From Candidatus Micrarchaeota archaeon (lineage in GTDB: Archaea; Micrarchaeota; Micrarchaeia; Anstonellales; Bilamarchaeaceae), in assembly GCA_013425425.1 (NCBI GenBank), contig JACCLJ010000053.1, forward strand, positions 1 to 49,852: a DNA stretch of 49,852 bases, read 5' to 3'. The translations under genes were made by a program, and so were the position numbers. This document shows, piece by piece, positions 9,457 to 17,912 of this stretch (position 1 is the first letter of the stretch; every line of letters begins with the position of its first letter). The notes beneath the pieces are model-generated. The model searched no databases, was not told the origin of the DNA, and was given only the letters and a program-made list of their open reading frames with translations.

Positions 9457-10045
9457 GGTCTATGACCCCGACTCCCTTCCGTATTATCTTCTTGTTAACC
9501 AGGTCGACTACATCCGATGATTTCCTGTATCTGGTGGGTCCGTTGTCCACCGCAATGTCGGCCGCCTCCACTATCCCATTCCCTATCTCTTCAAATGCCG
9601 TCGGGGGCAGCTCGCCTGTCTTGTTAGCGCTCGTGCTCACTATCGGTTTAGCAACCTCCTCGCTCAGCCTGTTGCAGAAGTCCGATTCGGGAATCCTTAC
9701 GCCGAGCGTGCCATCGGAGCTCACCGGAAGCGGCTTATTCAGTTTCAGGATGAACGTATGCGGCCCGGGCAGGTATCTTTTCAGTATCATCTCCTCCCAC
9801 AGCCCTATCTCGCAGTATTCCTCTATCATGTTCATATCCGCCATCATGACCGAGAGCGGCTTATCGCTGCCCAGCCCCTTTATTTTCCTTACCCTATCCA
9901 CGGTTTCCTGCCTTGTCGCATCCCCTCCTATGCCGTAAACGGTATCAGTAGGATAGATGAGAACCTTGCCGCTGAGCACGGCATCCTTCGCACGATAAAG
10001 CGCGCGGTCGATGTCGCCGCCCGCATATCTTATTATCTCGGCCAT
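9434..10045 (-). CDS. tsaC: L-threonylcarbamoyladenylate synthase (YrdC/TsaC/Sua5, short form)
   Basis: YPTDTVYGIG, KPLSV, LPGPHTFIL, GVRIP, STSANKTG. Confidence 0.92.
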   Translation of the reverse strand: MAEIIRYAGGDIDRALYRAKDAVLSGKVLIYPTDTVYGIGGDATRQETVDRVRKIKGLGSDKPLSVMMADMNMIEEYCEIGLWEEMILKRYLPGPHTFILKLNKPLPVSSDGTLGVRIPESDFCNRLSEEVAKPIVSTSANKTGELPPTAFEEIGNGIVEAADIAVDNGPTRYRKSSDVVDLVNKKIIRKGVGVIDLTKFPEY

Positions 10046-11560
10046 CTAGACCCCTGCCGCTTCCTTGACTTTCTTCACTCCAAGCGCGTAGATCATCTTT
10101 CCGAGGCGCGGCCCCGCGTCCTTTCCTATCAGCCATCCGTAAATCTCCCTGAAAACCTCTTTAGCTTCGATGCCCTTCTCCTGCGCCACTGCGAATACCG
10201 CGTTGTGTATCGCTTCGGCATCCATGCCCGGCTCCAGCTTTGAAAGGAAATGTTTGACCAACCCGCCCGCCTTTTCCTTCATGCTTATCTCGAACATGTA
10301 CCGGTCAGGCACGAGCCCCCTCTCCATCCAGACGGACAGATACGGCTTGAGGAATCCGACTCCCCCGGCATCCCCTGAAAGCTCTCCGGCTTTTTTCCAG
10401 TCATGATATATATTGTAATAAAGGATGGCGTCGGCTATATCCGCTTTCCAAATTTTCTTCACTTCGCAAAGCTCGAATGCGATGAGCTTCTTGCGGTCCG
10501 CCCTGTTCGACACATCCTGCGTCTCGCGCATCTGCGAAACCCGCCTGAACTCATCGAGAAGCGGGAAAAGCGTTTCCTTGTCCATCACCAGTTCCTTGTC
10601 CTCCTGCACGTCCGGCCTGAACAGGACGTACTTTATGAGTTCCGGGGGCGCGAGCGTAAGCAGTTCGTTCACAGTATGGCCTATCCCCTTGCTCTTGCTG
10701 TATTTCTTGCCCTTGTATTTCAGGAGACCGAACTTGTAGAGATAGGGCGGCTCCTCGTTGTAGATTTTCCTGTGGATTGCGCAGACCGTGCTGAGCGTTC
10801 CGCCGGGCGAATGGTGGTCCACGCTTCCGCCCTCCACCACCACGTTCAGGAATTTCTGGCGGGTGGGCCAGTCGAGCCTGAAAAGCAGTTTGTAATGATG
10901 ATTCTCAATCCTGTCCTCTCCGGCGTGGCTGCATTTGCTGCATTTGTATTTATACCAGCCATCCTTGTATTCGAGCACGACATTCTTGTCTATATTTTTG
11001 CATTTTTCGCAGAGCGGGAGGAGCGGAAACCAGTCCGCCGGCATTGTTTCCCGCATCGAGCTTTCCTGGACGACCTTCTTCACCTCGTCCTTCCGTTCAC
11101 AGAGAATCCGCGCATACTTGTCGTACTTGCCTTTTGAATAAAGTTCGCTCGCCCTCACAAATTCCGGCTTTACTCCGAATGTCTTCATTATCTCAAGCGT
11201 CTCGGCGATGAAATGCTCCGCAAAGCTCTTGTGGCAGCCCTTCGGGTCGCGGGCGTATGCAAGCGGCATCCCCATGTCCTCCTTGATGGTCGCTTCATGT
11301 TCTTTCAGCGGCTCGGGTACGGAATCGAGCGCATCGAAATCGTCCGATATGAAAACGTAACTGGCCTTGCCATGCCTTTTCAGCTGCTCGCTTATGGCAT
11401 GCGCATAAAGGAATTCGCATAAAGTTCCGGGATGGACGGGTCCGCTGGGCGTTATGCCCGCGGCCACAACGAAAGGCGGCTTCCGCTCCCCAGCGACGTT
11501 TTTTGCTATGATTTCGGACCAGTGCATGTTCTTTATTTCTTCCTTTTCGCTCTCATCCAT
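10046..11560 (-). CDS. lysS: Lysyl-tRNA synthetase class I
   Basis: HWSE, GITPSGPVHPG (HIGH-like), SDDFD, KLLFRLDWP, KYSKSKG, GPRLG C-terminus. Confidence 0.93.
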   Translation of the reverse strand: MDESEKEEIKNMHWSEIIAKNVAGERKPPFVVAAGITPSGPVHPGTLCEFLYAHAISEQLKRHGKASYVFISDDFDALDSVPEPLKEHEATIKEDMGMPLAYARDPKGCHKSFAEHFIAETLEIMKTFGVKPEFVRASELYSKGKYDKYARILCERKDEVKKVVQESSMRETMPADWFPLLPLCEKCKNIDKNVVLEYKDGWYKYKCSKCSHAGEDRIENHHYKLLFRLDWPTRQKFLNVVVEGGSVDHHSPGGTLSTVCAIHRKIYNEEPPYLYKFGLLKYKGKKYSKSKGIGHTVNELLTLAPPELIKYVLFRPDVQEDKELVMDKETLFPLLDEFRRVSQMRETQDVSNRADRKKLIAFELCEVKKIWKADIADAILYYNIYHDWKKAGELSGDAGGVGFLKPYLSVWMERGLVPDRYMFEISMKEKAGGLVKHFLSKLEPGMDAEAIHNAVFAVAQEKGIEAKEVFREIYGWLIGKDAGPRLGKMIYALGVKKVKEAAGV

Positions 11561-11625
11561 GCCCGAATTAGCATAGGTACATTTTTAAAAAGGTTAATGA
11601 AGAAGAGGAATAAGAGGTTGATATT

Positions 11626-11952
11626 ATGGCAGAAGAAAAAAAGGTTCCAAAGGCAGAAGCGGCAGGCGAAACAGACCCGAAACTGCTGGCGCTTCTCGCG
11701 TACATTTTCTCATGGCTCGGGGGCTTGGTCGTATTCCTGATTTCGAAAGACAAATTCGCCAGGTTCCATGCGATGCAGTCTCTCATTCTCGGGGCGATTA
11801 CCCTGGTCTTGATGTTCATACCTATCTTGGGATGGATCATAGCCCCGTTTGTCTGGCTATATGGCATTTACGTAGGGATTGTCTATGCCTACAAAGGCCA
11901 TATGTACAAGATTCCGTACATAGGCGAATACGCCGAGAAATACGCAGGCTGA
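11626..11952 (+). CDS. DUF4870/Tic20-like small membrane protein
   Basis: LLALLAYI...KFARFHAMQS...AYKGHMYKIPYIG; GAGGT RBS. Confidence 0.8.
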   Translation: MAEEKKVPKAEAAGETDPKLLALLAYIFSWLGGLVVFLISKDKFARFHAMQSLILGAITLVLMFIPILGWIIAPFVWLYGIYVGIVYAYKGHMYKIPYIGEYAEKYAG

Positions 11953-11969
11953 TGCTCAGGTGATTAAAC

Positions 11970-12047
11970 ATGGCAAAAAAGAAAAAAGCAACAAAAAAGA
12001 AGGCAAAGAAAACGACACCGGGAAAAGGATGCTGCTGCTGCCGCTAG
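11970..12047 (+). CDS. 25-aa Lys-rich microprotein ending in CCCCR (not in ORF track)
   Basis: MAKKKKATKKKAKKTTPGKGCCCCR*; AGGTGA RBS just upstream; T-tract downstream. Confidence 0.6.
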   Translation: MAKKKKATKKKAKKTTPGKGCCCCR

Positions 12048-12057
12048 CGCCGCATTA

Positions 12058-12071
12058 CTTTTCTTTTTTTT
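12058..12071 (+). terminator. Putative archaeal oligo(T) terminator
   Basis: CTTTTCTTTTTTTT directly after microprotein stop. Confidence 0.5.
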
Positions 12072-12084
12072 GATTTGATTCCCC

Positions 12085-12567
12085 ATGGCTGTCATTTCGG
12101 ATGATGCAAAGAAACAGCTCAGGAAACCCCTGGGAAAGGTTTACCCGGATGCCTCTTTTTTGAAAAATATGCGCAAAAGGATAATTTCGGTGGGCGACGA
12201 ATCCACGGCCAATGTCCTGAGGCTCGGGATAGTGCCGCATCTCGCGGTTTTCGATTTCAGGGTGATGCGGAAAAAAATCAGCGCGGCCAAAAAGCGCATG
12301 CTGCTCTCTTCATTCACAAGCGTCAGAAAATACCGCAACCGGAAGGGCACGCTTTCGGGCCGCATCCTTCGTGACGCAAAGCGCCTCCTGCGCGAGGGCG
12401 GGGCTGTGCTGATAGACGGGGAAGAGGACCTTACCGCGCTCGCGTTCATACTGGCCGGCGGAAAAAAGGACCTGGTGGTATACGGACAGCCGAAAACGGG
12501 CATGGTGGCCGTAAAGCCTGAAAAAGTGAAGAAAAAAATTAAGAAAATGCTGGGGCTTGCCCCTTAG
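12085..12567 (+). CDS. GTP-dependent dephospho-CoA kinase (DUF359)
   Basis: LRKPLG, ISVGD, DGEEDLTAL, VVYGQPKTGMV. Confidence 0.88.
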   Translation: MAVISDDAKKQLRKPLGKVYPDASFLKNMRKRIISVGDESTANVLRLGIVPHLAVFDFRVMRKKISAAKKRMLLSSFTSVRKYRNRKGTLSGRILRDAKRLLREGGAVLIDGEEDLTALAFILAGGKKDLVVYGQPKTGMVAVKPEKVKKKIKKMLGLAP

Positions 12568-12743
12568 CCGCCGGAGCCTTTCGTCATAAAATATAACGAG
12601 GTGCCTGCCGATAATGTGAGCACCACGCCCAGTATTATCATCATGTCCTGCCCAAGCGGAACCAGTGTATTCACGAGGTAGATGACGCCTATCGCTATTG
12701 CTAAGCCGCCTATAATCGCAAAAACCTTCTGGAGACCGCCCAT
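12564..12743 (-). CDS. 59-aa two-TM membrane microprotein (not in ORF track)
   Basis: MGGLQKVFAIIGGLAIAIGVIYLVNTLVPLGQDMMIILGVVLTLSAGTSLYFMTKGSGG*; fills the gap, starts 12 nt after PRC-barrel stop. Confidence 0.65.
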   Translation of the reverse strand: MGGLQKVFAIIGGLAIAIGVIYLVNTLVPLGQDMMIILGVVLTLSAGTSLYFMTKGSGG

Positions 12744-12755
12744 CTGCTATCCCTG

Positions 12756-13013
12756 CTAGCTTTCAATGGGTATCGTGGTCGGTCCCTTCATGACAACGAT
12801 GACATCCTCTACAGATTTCACGTTCTTGTACATTATGCTCTTTTCCCTGAGCGCCTTCTTGATCTCCTCTTTTCCGCCAGGCATCGGCTCGGTGAGTATC
12901 CTCAGCACTTCGCCCGTTTCAAAGTCAAGGATGAAGTCCTGCACGTTTCCGAGAAATTTCCCCGTATCGGTGAAAATCTCCATTCCGTATAGTTTTGACA
13001 GCTTGGTCGCCAT
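12756..13013 (-). CDS. PRC-barrel domain protein (CdpB-like)
   Basis: LSKLYGMEIFTDTGKFLGNVQDFILDFETGEV...YKNVKSVEDVIVV; AGGTG RBS before ATG 13013. Confidence 0.85.
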   Translation of the reverse strand: MATKLSKLYGMEIFTDTGKFLGNVQDFILDFETGEVLRILTEPMPGGKEEIKKALREKSIMYKNVKSVEDVIVVMKGPTTIPIES

Positions 13014-13059
13014 ATTAAACACCTTGAAACCCATTCTCCAATTTTAATTATAAATCTTT

Positions 13060-14319
13060 CTATGTCCCTTCCTGCCAGCTGTGGAGGTATCTGTCCTGCT
13101 CCTTCGTGAGCGCATCCTTCTTCACTCCCATTACTTCAAGCTGTAATTCCGCTATCTCATTGTCCAGCTCTTTGGGAAGTGTAATGACATTCGCACCCAA
13201 CTTTCCCTTATTCTTCACAAGGTATTCGCATGCAAGCGTCTGGCCTGCAAAAGAAGTCGCCATGACTTCGGACGGATGCCCCTCCGCAGCGCCCAGGTTC
13301 ACAAGCCGCCCTTCCGCAGCGAGGTAAACCTTCTTCCCGTCAACGTCGTATTCATCCAAGAACGGCCTTATCCTCCTCTTTTTCCATTTCTTGTTCATGC
13401 CGCCTACGTCGACTTCGTTGTCGAAATGTCCCGCATTCGCAAGAAGCGCGCCGCTCTTCATCGCCTTTACGTGCTCGGTTGTCAGCACGTGCTTGTCTCC
13501 GGTGACTGTAAGGAATATATCGCCAATCTTCACGGCATCCGCAACAGGCATAACCCGGTAGCCGTCAAGCACCGCCTGCATCGCCCTGAATGCGTCCACT
13601 TCCGTGACAACTACGTTCGCGCCCATCCCCTTCGCGCGCATCGCAACGCCCTTCCCGCAATCGCCATACCCGCAGACGACAAAAACAGTTCCCGCAATAA
13701 GGATGTTGCTCGCCCTGAGCAGCCCGTCAATCGCGGATTGCCCTGTCCCGTAATAATTGTCAAGCATGTGCTTCGTCTTATTGTCGTTCACCGCGATAAC
13801 CGGATATTTCAGCGCATTGTCCTTTGCCATCGCATGCAGCCTGATGATCCCAGTGGTCGTTTCCTCGCACCCGCCGATTATTCTCGGCAACAGGTCCTTG
13901 TGCTTCGTATGAATCGCAGTCACGAGGTCGCATCCGTCGTCTATGGTTATGTCCGGATTGTGCGCTATCACCGCTTCTATATACTTGTAATAATCATCCG
14001 TGCCCTCGCCCTTATAGCCGTAAACGGCAAACCCTTCTTTCGCAAGCGCTGCAGCCACGTCATCCTGCGTGCTGAGCGGATTGCAGCTCGCCACCGCCAC
14101 TTTCGCACCACCTGCAGCAAGCGTTTTCACAAGCACTGCGGTTTCCTTGGTTATGTGCAGCGCAAGCCCGATGGTCAGCCCCTTGAAAGGCTTCTCCCTG
14201 GCCACTCTCGCCTTTATCTTCGCCATGAGCGGCATGTGCGCTTCTGCGAACTCGATATTAAGCTTCCCCTGCTCTGCGAGCGATAAATCTTTGACTTCGT
14301 AATTCTCCGTCTTATCCAT
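13060..14319 (-). CDS. ahcY: Adenosylhomocysteinase
   Basis: SCNPLSTQD, DDGCDL, EETTTG, DNYYGTG, GYGDCGKG, NAGHFD, GRLVNLGAAEGHPS; AGGTGAGG RBS. Confidence 0.96.
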   Translation of the reverse strand: MDKTENYEVKDLSLAEQGKLNIEFAEAHMPLMAKIKARVAREKPFKGLTIGLALHITKETAVLVKTLAAGGAKVAVASCNPLSTQDDVAAALAKEGFAVYGYKGEGTDDYYKYIEAVIAHNPDITIDDGCDLVTAIHTKHKDLLPRIIGGCEETTTGIIRLHAMAKDNALKYPVIAVNDNKTKHMLDNYYGTGQSAIDGLLRASNILIAGTVFVVCGYGDCGKGVAMRAKGMGANVVVTEVDAFRAMQAVLDGYRVMPVADAVKIGDIFLTVTGDKHVLTTEHVKAMKSGALLANAGHFDNEVDVGGMNKKWKKRRIRPFLDEYDVDGKKVYLAAEGRLVNLGAAEGHPSEVMATSFAGQTLACEYLVKNKGKLGANVITLPKELDNEIAELQLEVMGVKKDALTKEQDRYLHSWQEGT

Positions 14320-14388
14320 TAGCCTCACCTGGCATAAATTAGGGATTAATCTTTATTAAGTTTGGGTGCAGGCAACGCAGAAAAACAA

Positions 14389-15189
14389 TTAATCGTATCT
14401 TCCTTTCAGCACGTCGAGTATTACGTTTGCAGTAGTAACCGGCCTGTCCAGCGTCACAGTATGGTTTTTCGCACCCCTCATCTGGAAGACATTCGCGAGG
14501 TTCTCTTCCTTCAGCCTCTCTGCATCCAGGGTGGTGCAGAAGCAGTACATTTTTTCCCCGTGCAGAGCATAAAGCGACTTGTAATCTATCCGCCTCATCA
14601 GGCCGAGCCAGTCCTCCATCGCCTTGGACATGAATCCCGGTCCAGCCTGCACGGTCAGCTTTACGATGGCCTCGCGCGCCTCCATCACCGCATCCAAATC
14701 CGGATAGCCGGTTTTTCTTAACTCCCTCTTCGCGTTCCTTACGCTGAAGCCGCTCTGCGAGTCCAGGAATTTCCGGGCAACCAGCTCCATCGCAAGGCTT
14801 CGGAACAATGTGCATTCAACCTGCTTCAATATCTCTATCATGGCGGTGTGCGGTCCCATGTGCTCATCGCACTGCCCGGTATGCAATGAGCAGTTGAAGA
14901 ATATCATCCTGTTTATGTGTTTGGCCAGCTTCGGGTATTCCTGCAGCGCCATCAGCATTATCTCGCCGGGGTTTCCGTTTAGCACGACGCTGGCGTTATC
15001 CATCCCCTGCAGCTCATGTGCCAGTGTTTTAACGTACGGCATCAGCAGGTTCCCACGGTATCTCCTGAAGTCAACTTCAGGCTCGCCCATTATGCGTGCC
15101 CTGCAGCCCAGTTCTTCAAGCAGCTTCTTCACGATTCCGAAAAACAGTTTCGCGGTATTAGGAGCAATCGGCGAGGAAACGTAAAGCAC
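14389..15189 (-). CDS. Hypothetical protein (266 aa; start uncertain)
   Basis: Long ORF filling the gap with protein-like composition; GTG start; frame stays open upstream to 15321. Confidence 0.6.
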   Translation of the reverse strand: MLYVSSPIAPNTAKLFFGIVKKLLEELGCRARIMGEPEVDFRRYRGNLLMPYVKTLAHELQGMDNASVVLNGNPGEIMLMALQEYPKLAKHINRMIFFNCSLHTGQCDEHMGPHTAMIEILKQVECTLFRSLAMELVARKFLDSQSGFSVRNAKRELRKTGYPDLDAVMEAREAIVKLTVQAGPGFMSKAMEDWLGLMRRIDYKSLYALHGEKMYCFCTTLDAERLKEENLANVFQMRGAKNHTVTLDRPVTTANVILDVLKGRYD

Positions 15190-15329
15190 AGGTCCTTCTG
15201 TAAGGGGTTTACGTTTCCCTCTCCATCCGCACGCGGTGTTTCCCTGCCTGTATGTTTTCGAAACCTCGCGTTCTGTCCACTCCTTCCCTTTCGTATTCCC
15301 ACCCCTGATGGATAATCTGTGTTAAACAT

Positions 15330-15349
15330 TAGATGAAAATGTTTAAAAA
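15330..15349 (+). promoter_or_regulatory. BRE/TATA-like promoter core, copy 1
   Basis: TAGATGAAAATGTTTAAAAA upstream of ATG 15379; identical copy at 17869-17888. Confidence 0.6.
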
Positions 15350-15378
15350 ACGTCTGATACAAAGGTTAAACCGATATT

Positions 15379-17844
15379 ATGGGTGGGGAAGGAAATCTGC
15401 AGGAGCTAAAAGCAGCTGAAAGGCCGAGCGTGAGGGAGCGTGTCAAAAACGCTTTCAGGAAAGCATTGCCCATCGTTGTGCCTATCGCACTGGTTGGCGG
15501 GATAGCAATAGGCGCAAGCGTGCGCGGCTGCATGGCGAAAAAGCATGAGAAGATGGAAATCGAGGATTGTATGGCAACCGAACACTGCTACCCGTACACC
15601 CTGAATAATCAGAAGCAGAGTGGAATGCGCGAATTGAACGAAATACACCAGTTGCTCATAAAAAACATCGGCGACAACAACGAAGAGCTCGCCCTTGCAT
15701 TCAAGCACCTCGGCTATATTACGACGAGCTATTTTTTTGACGTTGGGAAAATGCCATTGGTGAAACAGCTTGTTGAAAGTTCCGGCAATAATGCAGTATA
15801 CTCGCTTGAGATACTCTCAAGGCTAACGACAACTCCGGGCTATAATTATAACGCCGGCGGTTACGAAATAACTGCGGATGACGTAACCCGGATTGCGGCG
15901 GCAGTCAACCAGCTTGCGCAAAAATCCGGCGATGCAAAAAAAGACGTTTTCCCGAAGGTTTTGGATTCTGCGAGCACAATGTACTGCTCGAAAGTATGCT
16001 GGTGGTCCATGACTCCGAAAATGTTTGGCGTTGTCGAGGCCATATCGAAGAATTCGGCTTCCAAGGACGACATACTTTACAAAGCCGAAATTATTGCGCG
16101 ATTGAATAGGAGCGGCGAAATGCTCGCAGACCCGGGCGGTTTTGCAAAAAAAATATGCGAAACCGCAGATGCGGTTTCGGCAAAAGCCGGGCCGGGCAAG
16201 GAAGAAGCATTGCGGATTTACCGGACGCTTATGCTAAACCGGCCTTATAGGAACTTGAACGAGAAACCGGAAGATTTCCAGAAGCGGCTGGATGCCTATG
16301 CAGCGAGCGCACAGCCGCAAGGCCTGCTGGATATGATCGGCGTTTTGGCGGAAAGGTCTGCGGACAGCGAAAAATTCACATATGCAATGAAGGTTACGGA
16401 AAAGATTCTGGTTGATAACAAATACAAATCGAAAAAATTCGATGCCGAATTCGCAAACAGGCTTTGCGGCAGCATGGACATGATTGCCGGTGAATCGCAG
16501 GGAAATTGGAAATACGGGCTCGATTTTTTCCTTGCCCTGGTTTCAAATCTGCACTTCGATTTCAACAGCATGAACCCGGAGTTCGCCGGAAAGATAGGCA
16601 AAGCAGCAAATCTCGCTGCCCAGCGCGCAGGAGGGCGGGCCTCGGAGGCGATGGCAAAAATAAATTATTTTGCAGGAGCATATTACACTACGACTGAAGG
16701 GGTGACCCTCTCCACCGAGCAGTACGATTGCGTCGATACGGTGCAAGTTCTTGCGGAAAGGTCGAAAGATGCGGACCAGTTTCTCTGGCATCTCGAGCTC
16801 ATAATCAAATCCGCCTCGCCTCCGGTTAAAGGCAGGGATGAAAAATATGCGATGCTTGCAGGGAAGCTGTGCGACCTCGAGGGCATGATCCTCGCGAGGA
16901 CGAATAACAATCCGGCGGCAATACGCGCGCTTGTCGAGCTGGTAAATAACGTATTCGGCTTCAAACTGGGCGTGGTAAAGCTCGTGGAGATCGGCATAGG
17001 GGACGCGCAGGGGAATGAAGTGATAGATGCAATAAAATCCATGAAAAAAGTCATAGGCTACTCGTCCCGGGAAATTTCCTACAAGGATTATGAAGAGGGC
17101 GCTGCACTCGTAAATGCAATTTTCAGGGCCGAGAAGCCAGACCTTAGGAAGGTGCTGAATTTTTCTTACGGCGTTTCGGTCATCGGAGCCGAGAAAACGC
17201 GCGAAATGTACAAGATATTCGGCATCGAGTACTTTTTCAGGTACCCGGCCGAGCTTTTGGAGGAAGCAAGCAGGAATGCAGACCCCTCAAACCCGTCCCA
17301 GAAGCCCCTTCTGCTTTCAATGGCCGCCAAAACAGACTGGAATAACGCTTTCTCCGGCATCGGCTGGGAGCTGAAAGGGCTTACGAAATATTACAGGGTT
17401 CTGATTGCGGAAACAAACGCCGACCTGACTTTTTACAGCAGGATAAACGAAGTTTCCGCGCTATACAAGCAGCCGATATCCGTGCTTGTCATAAACGGCC
17501 ATGGAACGCCGTACGGCGTATGGCTTGGCAATACGGGCAGCAAAACCGGTGCATTGAGCCATGGCGATGGGCTGGAGGTGGCAAGGCTGCAGGACAGTTT
17601 TGTCAAGAACCCGTTAATCATCTTCAACTCCTGCTCGACGGGAAAGAACCATTCAGCCATCGGTGGGGCATTCTCAAAGCTCCTCGGCGCAACCGTTTTC
17701 GCTCCCACAGACATAAGCTACGGTGCCGATTACATCCTCGACGCTGAGGGCCGGATAATCAGGGCATGCTACAACGTTTCGACAACGGAATACATAAATG
17801 GCATGCCCCATTCCATCCCAGCCGACACCTGCACGAAGAAATAG
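15379..17844 (+). CDS. Membrane-anchored 821-aa protein with helical body and C-terminal caspase/CHAT-fold-like domain
   Basis: N-terminal TM; C-terminal VLVINGHG ... IIFNSCSTG His/Cys pattern. Confidence 0.65.
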   Translation: MGGEGNLQELKAAERPSVRERVKNAFRKALPIVVPIALVGGIAIGASVRGCMAKKHEKMEIEDCMATEHCYPYTLNNQKQSGMRELNEIHQLLIKNIGDNNEELALAFKHLGYITTSYFFDVGKMPLVKQLVESSGNNAVYSLEILSRLTTTPGYNYNAGGYEITADDVTRIAAAVNQLAQKSGDAKKDVFPKVLDSASTMYCSKVCWWSMTPKMFGVVEAISKNSASKDDILYKAEIIARLNRSGEMLADPGGFAKKICETADAVSAKAGPGKEEALRIYRTLMLNRPYRNLNEKPEDFQKRLDAYAASAQPQGLLDMIGVLAERSADSEKFTYAMKVTEKILVDNKYKSKKFDAEFANRLCGSMDMIAGESQGNWKYGLDFFLALVSNLHFDFNSMNPEFAGKIGKAANLAAQRAGGRASEAMAKINYFAGAYYTTTEGVTLSTEQYDCVDTVQVLAERSKDADQFLWHLELIIKSASPPVKGRDEKYAMLAGKLCDLEGMILARTNNNPAAIRALVELVNNVFGFKLGVVKLVEIGIGDAQGNEVIDAIKSMKKVIGYSSREISYKDYEEGAALVNAIFRAEKPDLRKVLNFSYGVSVIGAEKTREMYKIFGIEYFFRYPAELLEEASRNADPSNPSQKPLLLSMAAKTDWNNAFSGIGWELKGLTKYYRVLIAETNADLTFYSRINEVSALYKQPISVLVINGHGTPYGVWLGNTGSKTGALSHGDGLEVARLQDSFVKNPLIIFNSCSTGKNHSAIGGAFSKLLGATVFAPTDISYGADYILDAEGRIIRACYNVSTTEYINGMPHSIPADTCTKK

Positions 17845-17868
17845 CCTCCTTATCTATGTGGCAAACGC

Positions 17869-17888
17869 TAGATGAAAATGTTTAAAAA
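17869..17888 (+). promoter_or_regulatory. BRE/TATA-like promoter core, copy 2
   Basis: Identical 20-mer; TTTAAA about 30 nt before ATG 17913. Confidence 0.6.
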
Positions 17889-17912
17889 CCCGACTTGACA
17901 TAAGATAGTGTA

